From Myxococcota bacterium (GTDB lineage Bacteria; Myxococcota_A; UBA9160; SZUA-336), in assembly GCA_965247115.1 (NCBI GenBank), contig CBDFGR010000002.1:416001-480000 (forward strand): a DNA stretch of 64,000 bases, written 5' to 3'. Below, in pieces: positions 18,533-28,819 of the stretch (the first letter of the stretch is position 1; each line of letters opens with the position of its first letter). Below the pieces are notes generated by a model. The model made no database searches. It worked only from the letters and a program-made list of their open reading frames with translations, and was not told the DNA's origin. Both the position numbers and the translations under genes were made by a program.

Positions 18533-19741
18533 CTAAGCGGCCGGCACCTGGGCTAGCGCGTCGTCCCAGCTGGGGCGGTCGGCTAGCAAGCGGCGGTACT
18601 TGATGACGTCTCTTGGGCGGTTGAAGGCAAGGACGCCCGAGAGGCGACCGGCGCGACCGAACAGAACGGTGAACTTGCGCTCGGCGATTGAGCCCGCGAT
18701 CAGCTTGACCTCGTCGTCGGGCCGTACCTGGCCGGCGACCTGGATCTTGACACCGTACTGGTCCGACCAGACGAAGGGGACCGGCGCAAAGGGCTCGGCC
18801 GCCTCGGGCCCTGCGAGCAGGGTCTCCGCTGCTGCAACACCCTGCTCCACGGCATTGGTCCAGTGCTCCGCCCGCATCTGTTGCTCGAAGAGCGGGTTGT
18901 ACCAGCGCGCTACGTCCCCAGCCGCGACGACGCCCGGCGCACGGGTCGCACAGGTCGCGTCGCAGACGACGCCATCAGCAAGCTCGAGCCCCGAGGACCC
19001 CAGCCAATCCGTGACGGGAGCCACACCAATGCCCACCACGACGAGGTCGGCGGGGACCGCGCTGCCGTCGCTCAAGCGCAGCGACTCCACGCGTCCGGAG
19101 CCCGCGAAGCCCTCGACGCCCACACCAGTACGAAGGTCCACACCCTCTTCGCGATGCAGCTCTGCACACACCGCACCGAGCTCGCGCCCGAGCCCGCGCA
19201 GGAGCGGAACCTCGAGCGCCTCGATCAGGGTCACCTCGAGCCCGCGGGCCCGGCACGAGGAGGCGACCTCTGCCCCGATGAAGCCCGCGCCGACAATCGC
19301 CACTCTCGGACCCTCGGAGAGCCCGGCGCGAATCGCCAGGGCATCGTCGAGCGTGCGCAGCAGGTGGATTCCCTCGAGCGGCGGTGTGCCAGGGAGCTCG
19401 CGCGGAGCGGAGCCCGTAGCGATCACGAGGCCGTCGTAGGCAACAGAGGCCCCGTCGTCGAGCTGCACCCGTTGCTCTGCCACGTCCAGAGCGACCCCGC
19501 GGCGCCCGAGCCGCAGGTCGAGGTCGAGCTCGGCGTAGTCCTCCCGGCGGAGCGGCAGCCGGTCCACGTCCCAGGTGCCGGTGAGGATCTCCTTGGAGAG
19601 GGGAGGCCGGTCGTAGGACAGGTGCGGCTCCGCGCCGATCAGCGTGATCGTCCCGTCGAAGCCCTTCCGGCGCAGCGTCTCGACGGCGCGCAGGCCGGCC
19701 AGCGAGGCACCTACCACCGCAATAGCGCGCAGCGTCACCAT
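18533..19741 (-). CDS. FAD/NAD-dependent ferredoxin reductase
   Basis: GASLAG, YDRPPLSK, GAGFIGAE, AAGD, WSDQY. Confidence 0.92.
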   Translation of the reverse strand: MVTLRAIAVVGASLAGLRAVETLRRKGFDGTITLIGAEPHLSYDRPPLSKEILTGTWDVDRLPLRREDYAELDLDLRLGRRGVALDVAEQRVQLDDGASVAYDGLVIATGSAPRELPGTPPLEGIHLLRTLDDALAIRAGLSEGPRVAIVGAGFIGAEVASSCRARGLEVTLIEALEVPLLRGLGRELGAVCAELHREEGVDLRTGVGVEGFAGSGRVESLRLSDGSAVPADLVVVGIGVAPVTDWLGSSGLELADGVVCDATCATRAPGVVAAGDVARWYNPLFEQQMRAEHWTNAVEQGVAAAETLLAGPEAAEPFAPVPFVWSDQYGVKIQVAGQVRPDDEVKLIAGSIAERKFTVLFGRAGRLSGVLAFNRPRDVIKYRRLLADRPSWDDALAQVPAA

Positions 19742-19782
19742 GCGCTCTCCCCTCCCCGACCGATTCTAGCCTGCGCCCGCTG

Positions 19783-20718
19783 TCAGCGGATCGCGATGGG
19801 GTTGATCACCATCTGTACCGCGCCCTCGAACCTCGGCGTTCCCAGCACGAAGAGAAACTCCCAGGCCTCGTCGGCGACGAGCTCGTCCGTCCTGATGTTC
19901 TCCAGGATGTAGACGCCGTGCTTCGCGAGCAGCAGCTGGTGCACGGGGTAGACCTGAGACGAGTCTTCGGAGGGGAGAACCTCGAGGGCCCAGCCGTCCG
20001 CTCCCACCGCCACGACACCGAGCCCTGCCAGGTACTCGGCCCCACCCGTGCCGAGACCGGGTTGACCCGCAAGGAACTGCTCTGGATCGCTCTCGGACAG
20101 CGCCTGCCAGCCCGTGTTCAGGATGACCACGTCGCCGTGTCGCACGGCCACAGCTTGGCGCTTTGCGGCCGCATCGATCTCCTTGCGGTTGATGGCAGTG
20201 CCTGCGGCAAGTCTCTCGACGCCGTGCAGCGCCGCAACGTCCAGCAGCACGCCGCGCGTCACGATCGGCGGCAGGGCGTGCGTTCCGAACTCGATCAGCC
20301 CGTCCGGCCTCAGGAAGTCGGACGCGGGCGTACCGTTGTAGTAGCGGTGGTCGATGCCGAGGTGTCCCAGCCCGTCGAGCTGTGTTCCGATGCCGAGCCA
20401 GCTCAGAAGCAGGTCGTCGTTGTAGGTCATCAGGTTCGTGCCCGCCCCGGGCGCCGACGCATCTCCTCCCGTCATGGTAAGGAGCTGGAAGCTCCGCGTC
20501 CCGAAGGCCGGGGTGGCGCGACCCGTCACGACTCCGAGCGCGTAGGTCTTCCCGGTGCGGACGAGCTTCGCCGCCTCGAGGACCTTCGCTGGCGAGAGAT
20601 TGTTGATCGCTCCCAGCTTGTCGTCGGCCCCGTACTTCGACGGGTACCAGTCATCCTCCGCGCGAACCGGGGTGGCGAGCGCAAGGGCAAGCAGACAGAT
20701 GGTGACACTGGTACGCAT
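19783..20718 (-). CDS. Secreted cyclase-family metal-dependent hydrolase
   Basis: Signal peptide, GTQLDGLGH, TRGVLLD, HQLLL..GVYILEN. Confidence 0.85.
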   Translation of the reverse strand: MRTSVTICLLALALATPVRAEDDWYPSKYGADDKLGAINNLSPAKVLEAAKLVRTGKTYALGVVTGRATPAFGTRSFQLLTMTGGDASAPGAGTNLMTYNDDLLLSWLGIGTQLDGLGHLGIDHRYYNGTPASDFLRPDGLIEFGTHALPPIVTRGVLLDVAALHGVERLAAGTAINRKEIDAAAKRQAVAVRHGDVVILNTGWQALSESDPEQFLAGQPGLGTGGAEYLAGLGVVAVGADGWALEVLPSEDSSQVYPVHQLLLAKHGVYILENIRTDELVADEAWEFLFVLGTPRFEGAVQMVINPIAIR

Positions 20719-20821
20719 GGATGATCCCCTTTACCGAGTAGAACCGTATTCAATCAGCTGCGGGCGACCCGCTCAATACGCGCTCGCCGCGTGGGCAACG
20801 CGCCTCCGATACACTCTGCTC

Positions 20822-21868
20822 GTGACTGCCCCGGAGCCTCGCGTCGGTCTCCTGCTTCTGAACCTCGGTACGCCCGCTTCAGCGGGAGCTCCGGACGTCC
20901 GGCGCTACCTGCGCCAGTTCCTGAGCGATCCGCGCGTCATCGACGCATCGCCCCCGGCCAGGGCAATCGCCGTCGCTGCAGCGGTGCTCTTCCGCGCTCC
21001 GAAGTCTGCAGCGGCATACGCCAAGATCTGGACCGCGAGCGGCTCGCCGCTCCTGGTGCACGGTCACAGCCTGCGCAGCGCGGTGGCCGAGCGTCTCGGA
21101 GAGCGGGCCGTGGTGGAGCTGGCGATGCGCTACGGAGAGCCAGCCGTGCGTGCGGCGCTCGAGCGGCTGGTGGCGGCCGAGGTGGAGCGCATCGTCGTGC
21201 TGCCCCTCTTTCCCCAGTACGCGTCGTCCTCGTCCGGATCCGCACTGGAGCTCGTGCTGCGCAGTGCAGCAAAGCTGTGGAACGTGCCGCGCCTCGAGAC
21301 GCTGCCGGAGTTCTACGACCATGTGGGTTTCATCGCCTCGCTGGCAGAGGTCGCTCGGCCGCACCTGGCAGACGCGGGCGCGGAGCACCTGCTCCTGAGC
21401 TACCACGGCCTCCCGGAGCGCCAGGTGCGAAAGAGTGACGCGAGCGGCGGCCACTGCCTGCGCTCGGCGGACTGCTGCGACCGCATGGGCGTCGCGAACC
21501 GACGCTGCTACAGGGCGCAGTGCGCGGCGACGTCGCGCGCGCTCACCAGCGCGCTCGATCTCGACCTGGGTTCGTGGTCGATGTCGTTCCAGTCCCGGCT
21601 CGGACGCACTCCCTGGATTCGTCCAGACACCACGGACGTCCTGCCCGAGCTCGCCGGCCGCGGCGTCAAGCGGCTCGCGATCATGTGTCCCTCGTTCGTC
21701 GCCGACTGCCTCGAGACGCTCGAAGAGATCGGCATCCGTGGGCGCGAGCAGTGGCGAGCACTCGGCGGCGAGTCGCTCGAGCTGATCCCGTGCCTGAACG
21801 CCCACCCGCGTTGGGTCGACACGATCGCGAGCTGGGTGCGACTCCCGGACCCTGGAGGCTCGGAATGA
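20822..21868 (+). CDS. hemH: Ferrochelatase
   Basis: LLNLGTP, PLFPQY, SYHGLP, FQSRLG, FVADCLETLEEI. Confidence 0.95.
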   Translation: MTAPEPRVGLLLLNLGTPASAGAPDVRRYLRQFLSDPRVIDASPPARAIAVAAAVLFRAPKSAAAYAKIWTASGSPLLVHGHSLRSAVAERLGERAVVELAMRYGEPAVRAALERLVAAEVERIVVLPLFPQYASSSSGSALELVLRSAAKLWNVPRLETLPEFYDHVGFIASLAEVARPHLADAGAEHLLLSYHGLPERQVRKSDASGGHCLRSADCCDRMGVANRRCYRAQCAATSRALTSALDLDLGSWSMSFQSRLGRTPWIRPDTTDVLPELAGRGVKRLAIMCPSFVADCLETLEEIGIRGREQWRALGGESLELIPCLNAHPRWVDTIASWVRLPDPGGSE

Positions 21869-22518
21869 AGCGCGCAGAGAAGGCCGAGCGGATCCAGAAG
21901 ATCCTCGACGAGCTGTTTCCGAAGCGACTCGTACCCCTAGATCACGTGGACCCCTACACCCTGCTGGTCGCAGTGCTGCTGTCCGCCCAATGTACGGACG
22001 TCCGAGTGAACCAGGTGACCCCGATCCTGTTTGCACGAGCCTCCACGCCGCAGGCGATGGCCGCGCTCTCCGTGCCCCTCATTCGCAGCATCATCCGACC
22101 CTGCGGCCTGGCGCCCGCCAAGGCCAAGAACATCCACGGGCTGTCGAAGATCATCACCCGAAAACACGGCGGGCGGGTCCCCGAGAGCTTCGAGGAGCTG
22201 GAAGGTCTCCCCGGTGTCGGACACAAGACGGCAAGCGTCGTCATGGCGCAGGCGTTCGGAGTGCCGGCTTTCGCCGTCGACACCCACATCCACCGACTCG
22301 CTGCGCGCTGGGGCCTGTCGAACGGGAAGAACGTCGTCCAGACGGAGCGCGATCTGAAGAAGGTCTTTCCACGCGAGGACTGGGGCAGCGTCCACCTGCA
22401 AATCATTTACTTCGGCAGGCAGCACTGTCCCGCGCGCGGGCACGACCTATCGACTTGCCCGATCTGCTCCTGGGCCGCGTCCAAGCGCCGCATCGCGGCG
22501 GAGGCGCGGCGCCGCTAG
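21865..22518 (+). CDS. nth: Endonuclease III
   Basis: LSAQCTD, HhH LPGVGHKTA, VDTHIHR and C-terminal Cys cluster. Confidence 0.93.
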   Translation: MKRAEKAERIQKILDELFPKRLVPLDHVDPYTLLVAVLLSAQCTDVRVNQVTPILFARASTPQAMAALSVPLIRSIIRPCGLAPAKAKNIHGLSKIITRKHGGRVPESFEELEGLPGVGHKTASVVMAQAFGVPAFAVDTHIHRLAARWGLSNGKNVVQTERDLKKVFPREDWGSVHLQIIYFGRQHCPARGHDLSTCPICSWAASKRRIAAEARRR

Positions 22519-22534
22519 CAGGGGTGGCTCGCAC

Positions 22535-23938
22535 TCAACGAGCGGTCTCGGCCCGGCGCGCATCCAGGGCCGCGCGGACCTCCGCATGCTCCGCCTCGTT
22601 GAGGCGGAAGCGCGAGAAGATGGCCGCCCCGAGCAGGAAGCAGACCAGCGGGTACAGCGCGTACAGGGCCAGGATCGCGGTCTTCACCGTCTCGGTCTGC
22701 TCGGCGTTCGGAACGTAGCCGGAGAACTGGAGCACGAAGCCCGTGAAGAAGAGCGTGACGCCGAACGACAGCTTGAAGACGAAGTTCCAGGCGGAGAAGT
22801 ACGCACCCTCCTTGCGCTCGCCGGTCATGTACTCGTCGTAGTCGATGACGTCGGTCTGGACCGAGGGGCTCACGGTGCCACCGCAGCCGGCGGCCAAGCC
22901 TGCTGTGAACGCGAGGGTGGTGATCAGGCCGATGCTGCCCTCCTCGAGAAAGAACATCCCGCCAAAGGAGAACGCGGTCAGAATCATGGAGAACATCCAC
23001 AGGTGCTTCTTGCCGAACCTGCGCGACAGCGGGATCCAGAGCGGGACCGAGGCAAAGGACGGGATCATGTAGCAGAGGATGAAGAGCGGTGCGAGCTGCG
23101 GCCTACCCACGACGTACTGGGCCACGTAGAGCGTGAGGATGCCGATCGTCGCGGCGCCGAGGTTCTCGATGAGGGTCACGATCAAGAGCAGCCGCGCGTG
23201 CGGGTTCGCCCAGACGTCCGCGAAGGCCTTGAAGGGTCGCTGGCCCCCGCGGCCCTGGTACTCGGGACGCTCGCGGAGCCGCATTGACGCGACGAGGATC
23301 ATGGCCCCCGTGAGAATCGACGCGGACAGCGCCAGCTGCTGCGCCATCTGCCGCGAGCTGGCTTCCCCTGCAGCCTCGGCGCGGATGAGCAGGGCCATGC
23401 CGACGAGCGACAGGATGGAGCCGACCGTCCAGACCGCGTGACGAACGCCGAAGATCCGGCTCCGGTCGTGGTAGTCGACGGTCAGCTCCGCCCCGAGTGA
23501 CATGTGCGGCACGATGAAGATGGTCATCGCGGAATAGAAGAGGAACACGCCGATCGCCATCCAAGCGACGAGCGGCGCGCCCCGGAGCGCCTCCGGGGGC
23601 GCGAAGACCATCACGTACGCAAGGCCGATCGGGAAGGCGCTCACGAAGAGCCACGGCCGGCGCCGCCCCGCACGGTGGCTGGTGCGATCACTCAGGTAAC
23701 CGGCAACGGGATCGGACAGCGCGTCCCACACGCGTGACAGTCCGAAGATCACGCTCATCGTTGCCGGCGCGATGAGCAAGACATCGGTCGCGAACTTCAT
23801 CAGGTAGAGGCCGACCAGGAGGAACATGTAGCCCGCACCCACGGTAGGGAGCGAGTAGGTGAGGATCGTTCCAAGTGCGAGCGGCTCCCCGCGCGCTTGC
23901 GCGCCTGCAGCCTCAAGCGTCTGCACCTGGTCGGTCAC
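22535..23938 (-). CDS. GPH-family (MelB-like) MFS symporter
   Basis: WDALSDP, GRRRPW, DVIDYDE..TGERKEG; about 12 TM segments. Confidence 0.88.
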   Translation of the reverse strand: MTDQVQTLEAAGAQARGEPLALGTILTYSLPTVGAGYMFLLVGLYLMKFATDVLLIAPATMSVIFGLSRVWDALSDPVAGYLSDRTSHRAGRRRPWLFVSAFPIGLAYVMVFAPPEALRGAPLVAWMAIGVFLFYSAMTIFIVPHMSLGAELTVDYHDRSRIFGVRHAVWTVGSILSLVGMALLIRAEAAGEASSRQMAQQLALSASILTGAMILVASMRLRERPEYQGRGGQRPFKAFADVWANPHARLLLIVTLIENLGAATIGILTLYVAQYVVGRPQLAPLFILCYMIPSFASVPLWIPLSRRFGKKHLWMFSMILTAFSFGGMFFLEEGSIGLITTLAFTAGLAAGCGGTVSPSVQTDVIDYDEYMTGERKEGAYFSAWNFVFKLSFGVTLFFTGFVLQFSGYVPNAEQTETVKTAILALYALYPLVCFLLGAAIFSRFRLNEAEHAEVRAALDARRAETAR

Positions 23939-24044
23939 CGAGCGAAGCTTAACATTCTCGCGGGGTTCGGCGCCTCGCGCGTTCTCGCGGGGTTCGGCCC
24001 CGCGCGAGTCCTGGAGAGTTGGCGCTTTCGGACCCCGGTCCGTG

Positions 24045-26558
24045 CTACGTGCCGATGCGGGTGACCTGAAGGAGGGGGACGCCCGGTTGGACCTCGTCGG
24101 GGAGGTCGACTTCCGCTTGCAGGTGCCAGATGCCGTCGTCGGCGGGATCGAGGAGGATCTGGATGGCCCTCCAGCGCTTCGGACCGGACGACTCGATCTG
24201 GGAGTATTCGGCCAGACGGGCGCGGGGTGTGAAGTCGATGCGCTCGTACTCCTCCAGGTATGGGGCCATGGCTAGCCGGAAACGCAGCGCGTCCCACGGG
24301 TCTTCGGGGTCCTGGCGGACGCAGCGGGCAGCTTCTTCGTAGTCTGCTGCGGCAAGAGCCGCGACCAGTCGGTGCAGCTCGGCACGGATGCGCGCCCGCA
24401 CGGCACGGGGATCTGCGGCGAGATGGGCTGCCAGATCTGCCGTGGGCTCATCGGCGGCGTCCGCCGTCTCCGGCGACACCAGCCCCTCCCACTCGGTGAG
24501 GAGGCTCGAGTCGGCGCGCTCGATCAGCAGACGAAAGAACGCGAGCACGTCGCGGACCTCTTCGGTCTTCGTGGCATCGGACGTGCCCTGCAGCAGTGAG
24601 TTGTAGACCTGGCCGAGGTAGCGCAGCAGGAGGCCCTCCATGCGTTGCATGCCGTAGTGCCGGATGTAGTGCTCGAAGCTGTAGTAGCCCTCGAACATCT
24701 CACGCGCGATCGACTTGGGACGCACGTCATCGCGGTGCACCCATGCGTGCTGCTCGGCAAAGAGAGCGAAGGTCTGCTGGATGAACTCGGCATTGGGCTG
24801 GGGCGGCTCGATTTCCTCGAGCAGCCGCACGCGCTCCTCGTAGGGAACGCGCTCTGCCTTCAGGTGCGCCAGCAGGTCGCGTTTGATCCGGTCCCGCTGC
24901 GCGCGCAGGAGTGCGGTCGGGTCTTCCAGGATGGCCTCGACGAGGCTCACCAGGTCGAGCGCGTAGTCCGGCTCGTCCACGTCGAGGTAGCCGCTGGCTT
25001 CTACCAGGTAGAGAGAGAGCGCGTGGTGGAGCGAGAAGTCCCACTGCAGCTCGTCTGGCACGCGCAGGCGCCGGCCGGCCGAGTTCGGCTCGCGCGCCAG
25101 CTCGACGACGCCGGCGCTACGCAGCCCCCGCACCAGCTTCGCGGCATCGCGGCGCAGCCATCGCTTGCGGACCGCGCTCTCGTGGCTCATGTCGATCAGC
25201 TCGATCAGGGCGCGGTAGGGCCGCGACGGATCGGGGGACGTCTCCTCGCGTCGAAGCACGTTGACGACGGCTCCATGCGTCACCCGAAAGCGCGATACCA
25301 GGGGCTCGGGAGGCCGCTCGATCAGGCTCTGGAACGTGGTGTGGTCCCAGGAGACGAAGCCGCGAGGCGCTCTGCGCCCGCTCTTCTTTTTCCCGCGGGC
25401 CAGCGCGCGCTTGCGCTCGATCACGTGCTCGGGCGCCTGACAGACCACGCTCCCCCGCTCGTCGAAGCCCTTGCGGCCCGCGCGTCCCGAGATCTGCTTG
25501 AACTCGCGCACGCGCAAGACGCCGAGCCTCCGCCCGTCGAACTTCGTCAGCCGCGTGAAGAGCACGGTGCGGATCGGGATGTTCACGCCAACACCCAGCG
25601 TGTCGGTCCCGGAGATCACCCGGAGCAGGCCACGTTGGGAGAGCTGCTCGACCAGCAGTCGATACTTCGGCAGGAGCCCCGCGTGGTGCACGCCGATCCC
25701 CGCGTGGATGAAGCGGCGGAGGTCCCGTCCGTACGGTGTGTCGAAGCTGAAGTCTCCGAGCGCTGCCGTGATCGCGCGTCGTCCCTCCGCACTCACGAGC
25801 CTGAGGCTCGTCAGTCCTTGCGCGAGCTCCGCACACTCACGCTGGCTGAAGTTCACGACGTAGATCGGCCCCTTGCCGGCTTCGAGGAGGTCCGCGACGG
25901 TCTGGGCGAGCGGGGTCTTCCGGTACTCGAAGTCGAGCGGGACCGGACGCTCGTCGGAGTCGACGAGGACTACCTCGGTCCCGGTGCGACGCGCGAGATC
26001 CTCGCGGATCTCGCGCGTATCGCCGAGCGTCGCGGACATCAAGAGGAAGATCGTGTCGGGTAGCAGCAGCAAGGGGATCTGCCAGGCGACTCCCCGCGCC
26101 GGGTCCGCGTAGTAGTGAAACTCGTCCATGACCACGTAGTCCACCGGCAGCGCGCTGCCCTGACGCAAAGCCATGTTCGCCAGCACCTCGGCCGTGCAGC
26201 AGATGATCGGAGCGGCCGTGTTGATGCTCGCATCCCCGGTCAGCATGCCCACGTTCTCCGGACCAAAGTCGCCGCACAGCGCGAAGAACTTCTCGCTGGC
26301 GAGAGCCTTGATCGGCGCGGTGTAGAACGAGCGCCTCCCCTCGCAGAGCGCCTTCCAGTGAAGTGCCGTCGCAGCGAGGGACTTGCCCGAGCCCGTGGGC
26401 GTGTTCAGCACCACGTGCCGACCGGCCATGAGCTCGAGCCACGCCTCCTCCTGAGCCGGATAGGGCTCTAGACCCTGGCTCGCGATCCAGTCCAGGAAGC
26501 GGTCCAGGATCTCGTCCGCGTCGAGCTTTCCGATTCGCTCGAGGCGGTCAACCAACAC
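24045..26558 (-). CDS. Ski2/HelY-like SF2 helicase
   Basis: PTGSGKS, DEFH, MSAT, HHAGLLP, GRAGR. Confidence 0.92.
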   Translation of the reverse strand: MLVDRLERIGKLDADEILDRFLDWIASQGLEPYPAQEEAWLELMAGRHVVLNTPTGSGKSLAATALHWKALCEGRRSFYTAPIKALASEKFFALCGDFGPENVGMLTGDASINTAAPIICCTAEVLANMALRQGSALPVDYVVMDEFHYYADPARGVAWQIPLLLLPDTIFLLMSATLGDTREIREDLARRTGTEVVLVDSDERPVPLDFEYRKTPLAQTVADLLEAGKGPIYVVNFSQRECAELAQGLTSLRLVSAEGRRAITAALGDFSFDTPYGRDLRRFIHAGIGVHHAGLLPKYRLLVEQLSQRGLLRVISGTDTLGVGVNIPIRTVLFTRLTKFDGRRLGVLRVREFKQISGRAGRKGFDERGSVVCQAPEHVIERKRALARGKKKSGRRAPRGFVSWDHTTFQSLIERPPEPLVSRFRVTHGAVVNVLRREETSPDPSRPYRALIELIDMSHESAVRKRWLRRDAAKLVRGLRSAGVVELAREPNSAGRRLRVPDELQWDFSLHHALSLYLVEASGYLDVDEPDYALDLVSLVEAILEDPTALLRAQRDRIKRDLLAHLKAERVPYEERVRLLEEIEPPQPNAEFIQQTFALFAEQHAWVHRDDVRPKSIAREMFEGYYSFEHYIRHYGMQRMEGLLLRYLGQVYNSLLQGTSDATKTEEVRDVLAFFRLLIERADSSLLTEWEGLVSPETADAADEPTADLAAHLAADPRAVRARIRAELHRLVAALAAADYEEAARCVRQDPEDPWDALRFRLAMAPYLEEYERIDFTPRARLAEYSQIESSGPKRWRAIQILLDPADDGIWHLQAEVDLPDEVQPGVPLLQVTRIGT

Positions 26559-27453
26559 GACGGATGACCACGAGACGCCCCAGCAGGTCCGGTCGCGGTC
26601 TCACCGCGTCGTGGATATCTACGCGCCGTCCTACGACCTGGACCAGGCGGGGCCCTTCAGAGGTCTCCACGTAGCCCTTGGCGCGCAGCGCATCCAGGGC
26701 TTCCAGGAGTGCCACCAGCCGGCCCTGCTCGATGCCGTCCAGCACAGCCAGCTCCTCGGTCGCGAACTCCTCGTGAGCGTGGGGCTTCGGGACGACCGCG
26801 GCCTCTCGGCGCGCGGCGCGCAGCCCGTCCGGATCGGGTGGGAAGAGCAGCACCGGGTCCACAGCGGCCTGCGTCGCACGCAAAACTGGCGCATCGGGCT
26901 CCAGCTCGTGCAGGAGCTCGACCAGGTCCTCGACCTCTGCCTCGGGAACGAGGTCGATCTTGTTCAGCAGCAACAGGTCTGCCGAGGTCACCTGATCTTC
27001 AAACGTGCCCTCGAGATCGCGTCGGGCCAGGAGCTGCTCCGCGTTCACCACGACGATCGCGAGGTCGTCACCGATCCAGCGCGAAACCGGCTCTCGGTAC
27101 AGGTTGAGCTGGGTGTCGTACGGGAGCGCGACGCCGGAGGTCTCGATCACGACCCGGTCCGGCCGCACCCGCTCATGCAGCATTTCGAGCGTGTCGATGA
27201 GCTCATCGGTCAGCTGACAACAGACACAGCCCCCCTCGAGCTCCACGTAGGCCTCGGCACCCTCCCCGAGCAAGGTCTGGTCGATCGCCAGCTCGCCGAA
27301 CTCGTTCGAGATCACGGCCACGCGCTCGCCGCGCCGCCGGGCATCGTCGAGCAGGTTTCGGACGAGTGTCGTTTTGCCGGAACCGAGGAAGCCCGACACG
27401 ACCAGCGCGGGCACCCCCGTGCGCGCACCCTCAGTGCTCTCCGGAACGTCCAC
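26548..27453 (-). CDS. COG0523/CobW-family metallochaperone GTPase
   Basis: GFLGSGKTT, NEFG, GCVCC, ETSG, NKID. Confidence 0.92.
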   Translation of the reverse strand: MDVPESTEGARTGVPALVVSGFLGSGKTTLVRNLLDDARRRGERVAVISNEFGELAIDQTLLGEGAEAYVELEGGCVCCQLTDELIDTLEMLHERVRPDRVVIETSGVALPYDTQLNLYREPVSRWIGDDLAIVVVNAEQLLARRDLEGTFEDQVTSADLLLLNKIDLVPEAEVEDLVELLHELEPDAPVLRATQAAVDPVLLFPPDPDGLRAARREAAVVPKPHAHEEFATEELAVLDGIEQGRLVALLEALDALRAKGYVETSEGPRLVQVVGRRVDIHDAVRPRPDLLGRLVVIRRVG

Positions 27454-27473
27454 AGCTCCACGGTAGCGTCGAG

Positions 27474-27677
27474 CCGCGGCACCCGCCCGATGAGTCCGCG
27501 GCACCCGCCCGATGGGTCCGGGGAAGCCGCCCGATGGGTCCGGGGAAGCCGCCCGATGGGTCCGGGGAAGCCGCCCGATGGGTCCGGGGAAGCCGCCCGA
27601 TGAGTCCGGGGGGACCGCCCGATGGGTCCGGGGGGACCGCCCGATCAGTCCGGGGGGACCGCCCGATCAGTCCGGGG
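27474..27677. repeat. Tandem array of nine 22-bp units
   Basis: CCGCCCGAT recurs every 22 nt from 27483 to 27659. Confidence 0.95.
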
Positions 27678-28578
27678 TCGCGAGATAGCAACCCGGCTCT
27701 ACCTCGCGCAGGCGACCCTGTCGCAGCAGGCGTTCGATGTGGAGCGCCATGCTTCTCGTCTCGACATCGAAGCCGTTGGGGACGTCGTCGCCAGGGCGGA
27801 AGACGAAGCGCGTTGTGGCGATCTCGTCCAGCGTGTGGGGCTCTGCGAGGAACTCGAGCAGGCGACGCTCGCGCGTGTCGATCATGTTCGCGAAGCGGTC
27901 GAGCCGCTCTAGGAAGGCCGCGCGTCCATCCAGCACGCCGATATGATGAAAGGTCGCGTAGTGCGGCACGTCCATCCCGCGCACGAGCGCGAGCGTCCGC
28001 TCGAAGTCCTCGAGATCAGACCAGGCATCGCCGTAGAAGGGGCCGAAGCTCGAGAGGTCGATGTCGCCCAGGAACAGGATTCCCTCGGGCTCGACGAGGA
28101 ACAGGCAGTGGCCCCGCGTGTGCCCCGGAGCGTGGATCGCGCGCACCCTCGTGCCGCCAAGCTCGAAGATCTCGGCGTCGGAAAAGCTCACCGCGTCTTC
28201 GCGCGCCTCGAAGTGAAAATCGTCGCGAACCCGCCGCCGCCAGCGCTGTGTCGTCTCGCGGGAATAGCCGTAGATCTCCATCATCGCGTCGAGCGAGCGG
28301 ATGCCAGGCAGATCGAGCTCGTGCAGGTGCCACGTCGCCTCGGGAAACAAGTAGTTCCCGGCCACGTGGTCCTCGTGGCAATGACTGTTCACCACCATGT
28401 CGACGTGCGGCAAGTTCGCGCTCCGCGGCAGCAAACCCAACGAGGGATCGATGATCAGACTGCGCTCGCGTCCTTCCACCAGGATCGAGTTCCCGTCCGG
28501 ATACTTCCCCCCCTCCGGCCCAAACAACACGGTCGCCCTCCCGATCCGCCGCTCCTCGAGGTTTACCAGCTCAGTCAC
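27667..28578 (-). CDS. MBL-fold metallo-hydrolase
   Basis: HCHEDH, PGHTRGH, LGD. Confidence 0.9.
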   Translation of the reverse strand: MTELVNLEERRIGRATVLFGPEGGKYPDGNSILVEGRERSLIIDPSLGLLPRSANLPHVDMVVNSHCHEDHVAGNYLFPEATWHLHELDLPGIRSLDAMMEIYGYSRETTQRWRRRVRDDFHFEAREDAVSFSDAEIFELGGTRVRAIHAPGHTRGHCLFLVEPEGILFLGDIDLSSFGPFYGDAWSDLEDFERTLALVRGMDVPHYATFHHIGVLDGRAAFLERLDRFANMIDTRERRLLEFLAEPHTLDEIATTRFVFRPGDDVPNGFDVETRSMALHIERLLRQGRLREVEPGCYLATPD

Positions 28579-28670
28579 CGCACCAGCGTACCACCCGGCA
28601 AGACCGCTCAGCTCTCAAGAAGTCCCGTCCCAAGTTCCGACGCTGATGCACAACACACGACGCACCTCCC

Positions 28671-28761
28671 GCAAGCGCCGCGGCGCGGCGCGCGCAGCGA
28701 AGGGCAACGCCCTGAGCGAAGGTGGGTGGCCGCGGACGCCCGCGGCCGGGTCCCACAAGAC
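28671..28761 (-). repeat. REP-like repeat copy G
   Basis: Reverse complement of the consensus. Confidence 0.9.
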
Positions 28762-28819
28762 GCGTTGACGATCTCCAGAAAGAGCGCGATATAGCCTGCG
28801 TAGCTTTGGCGGGGAGAGT

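Noticed and set aside
27474..27677. CRISPR array
   Set aside because: Units are contiguous 22-bp tandem repeats without unique spacers, and there are no cas genes in the window
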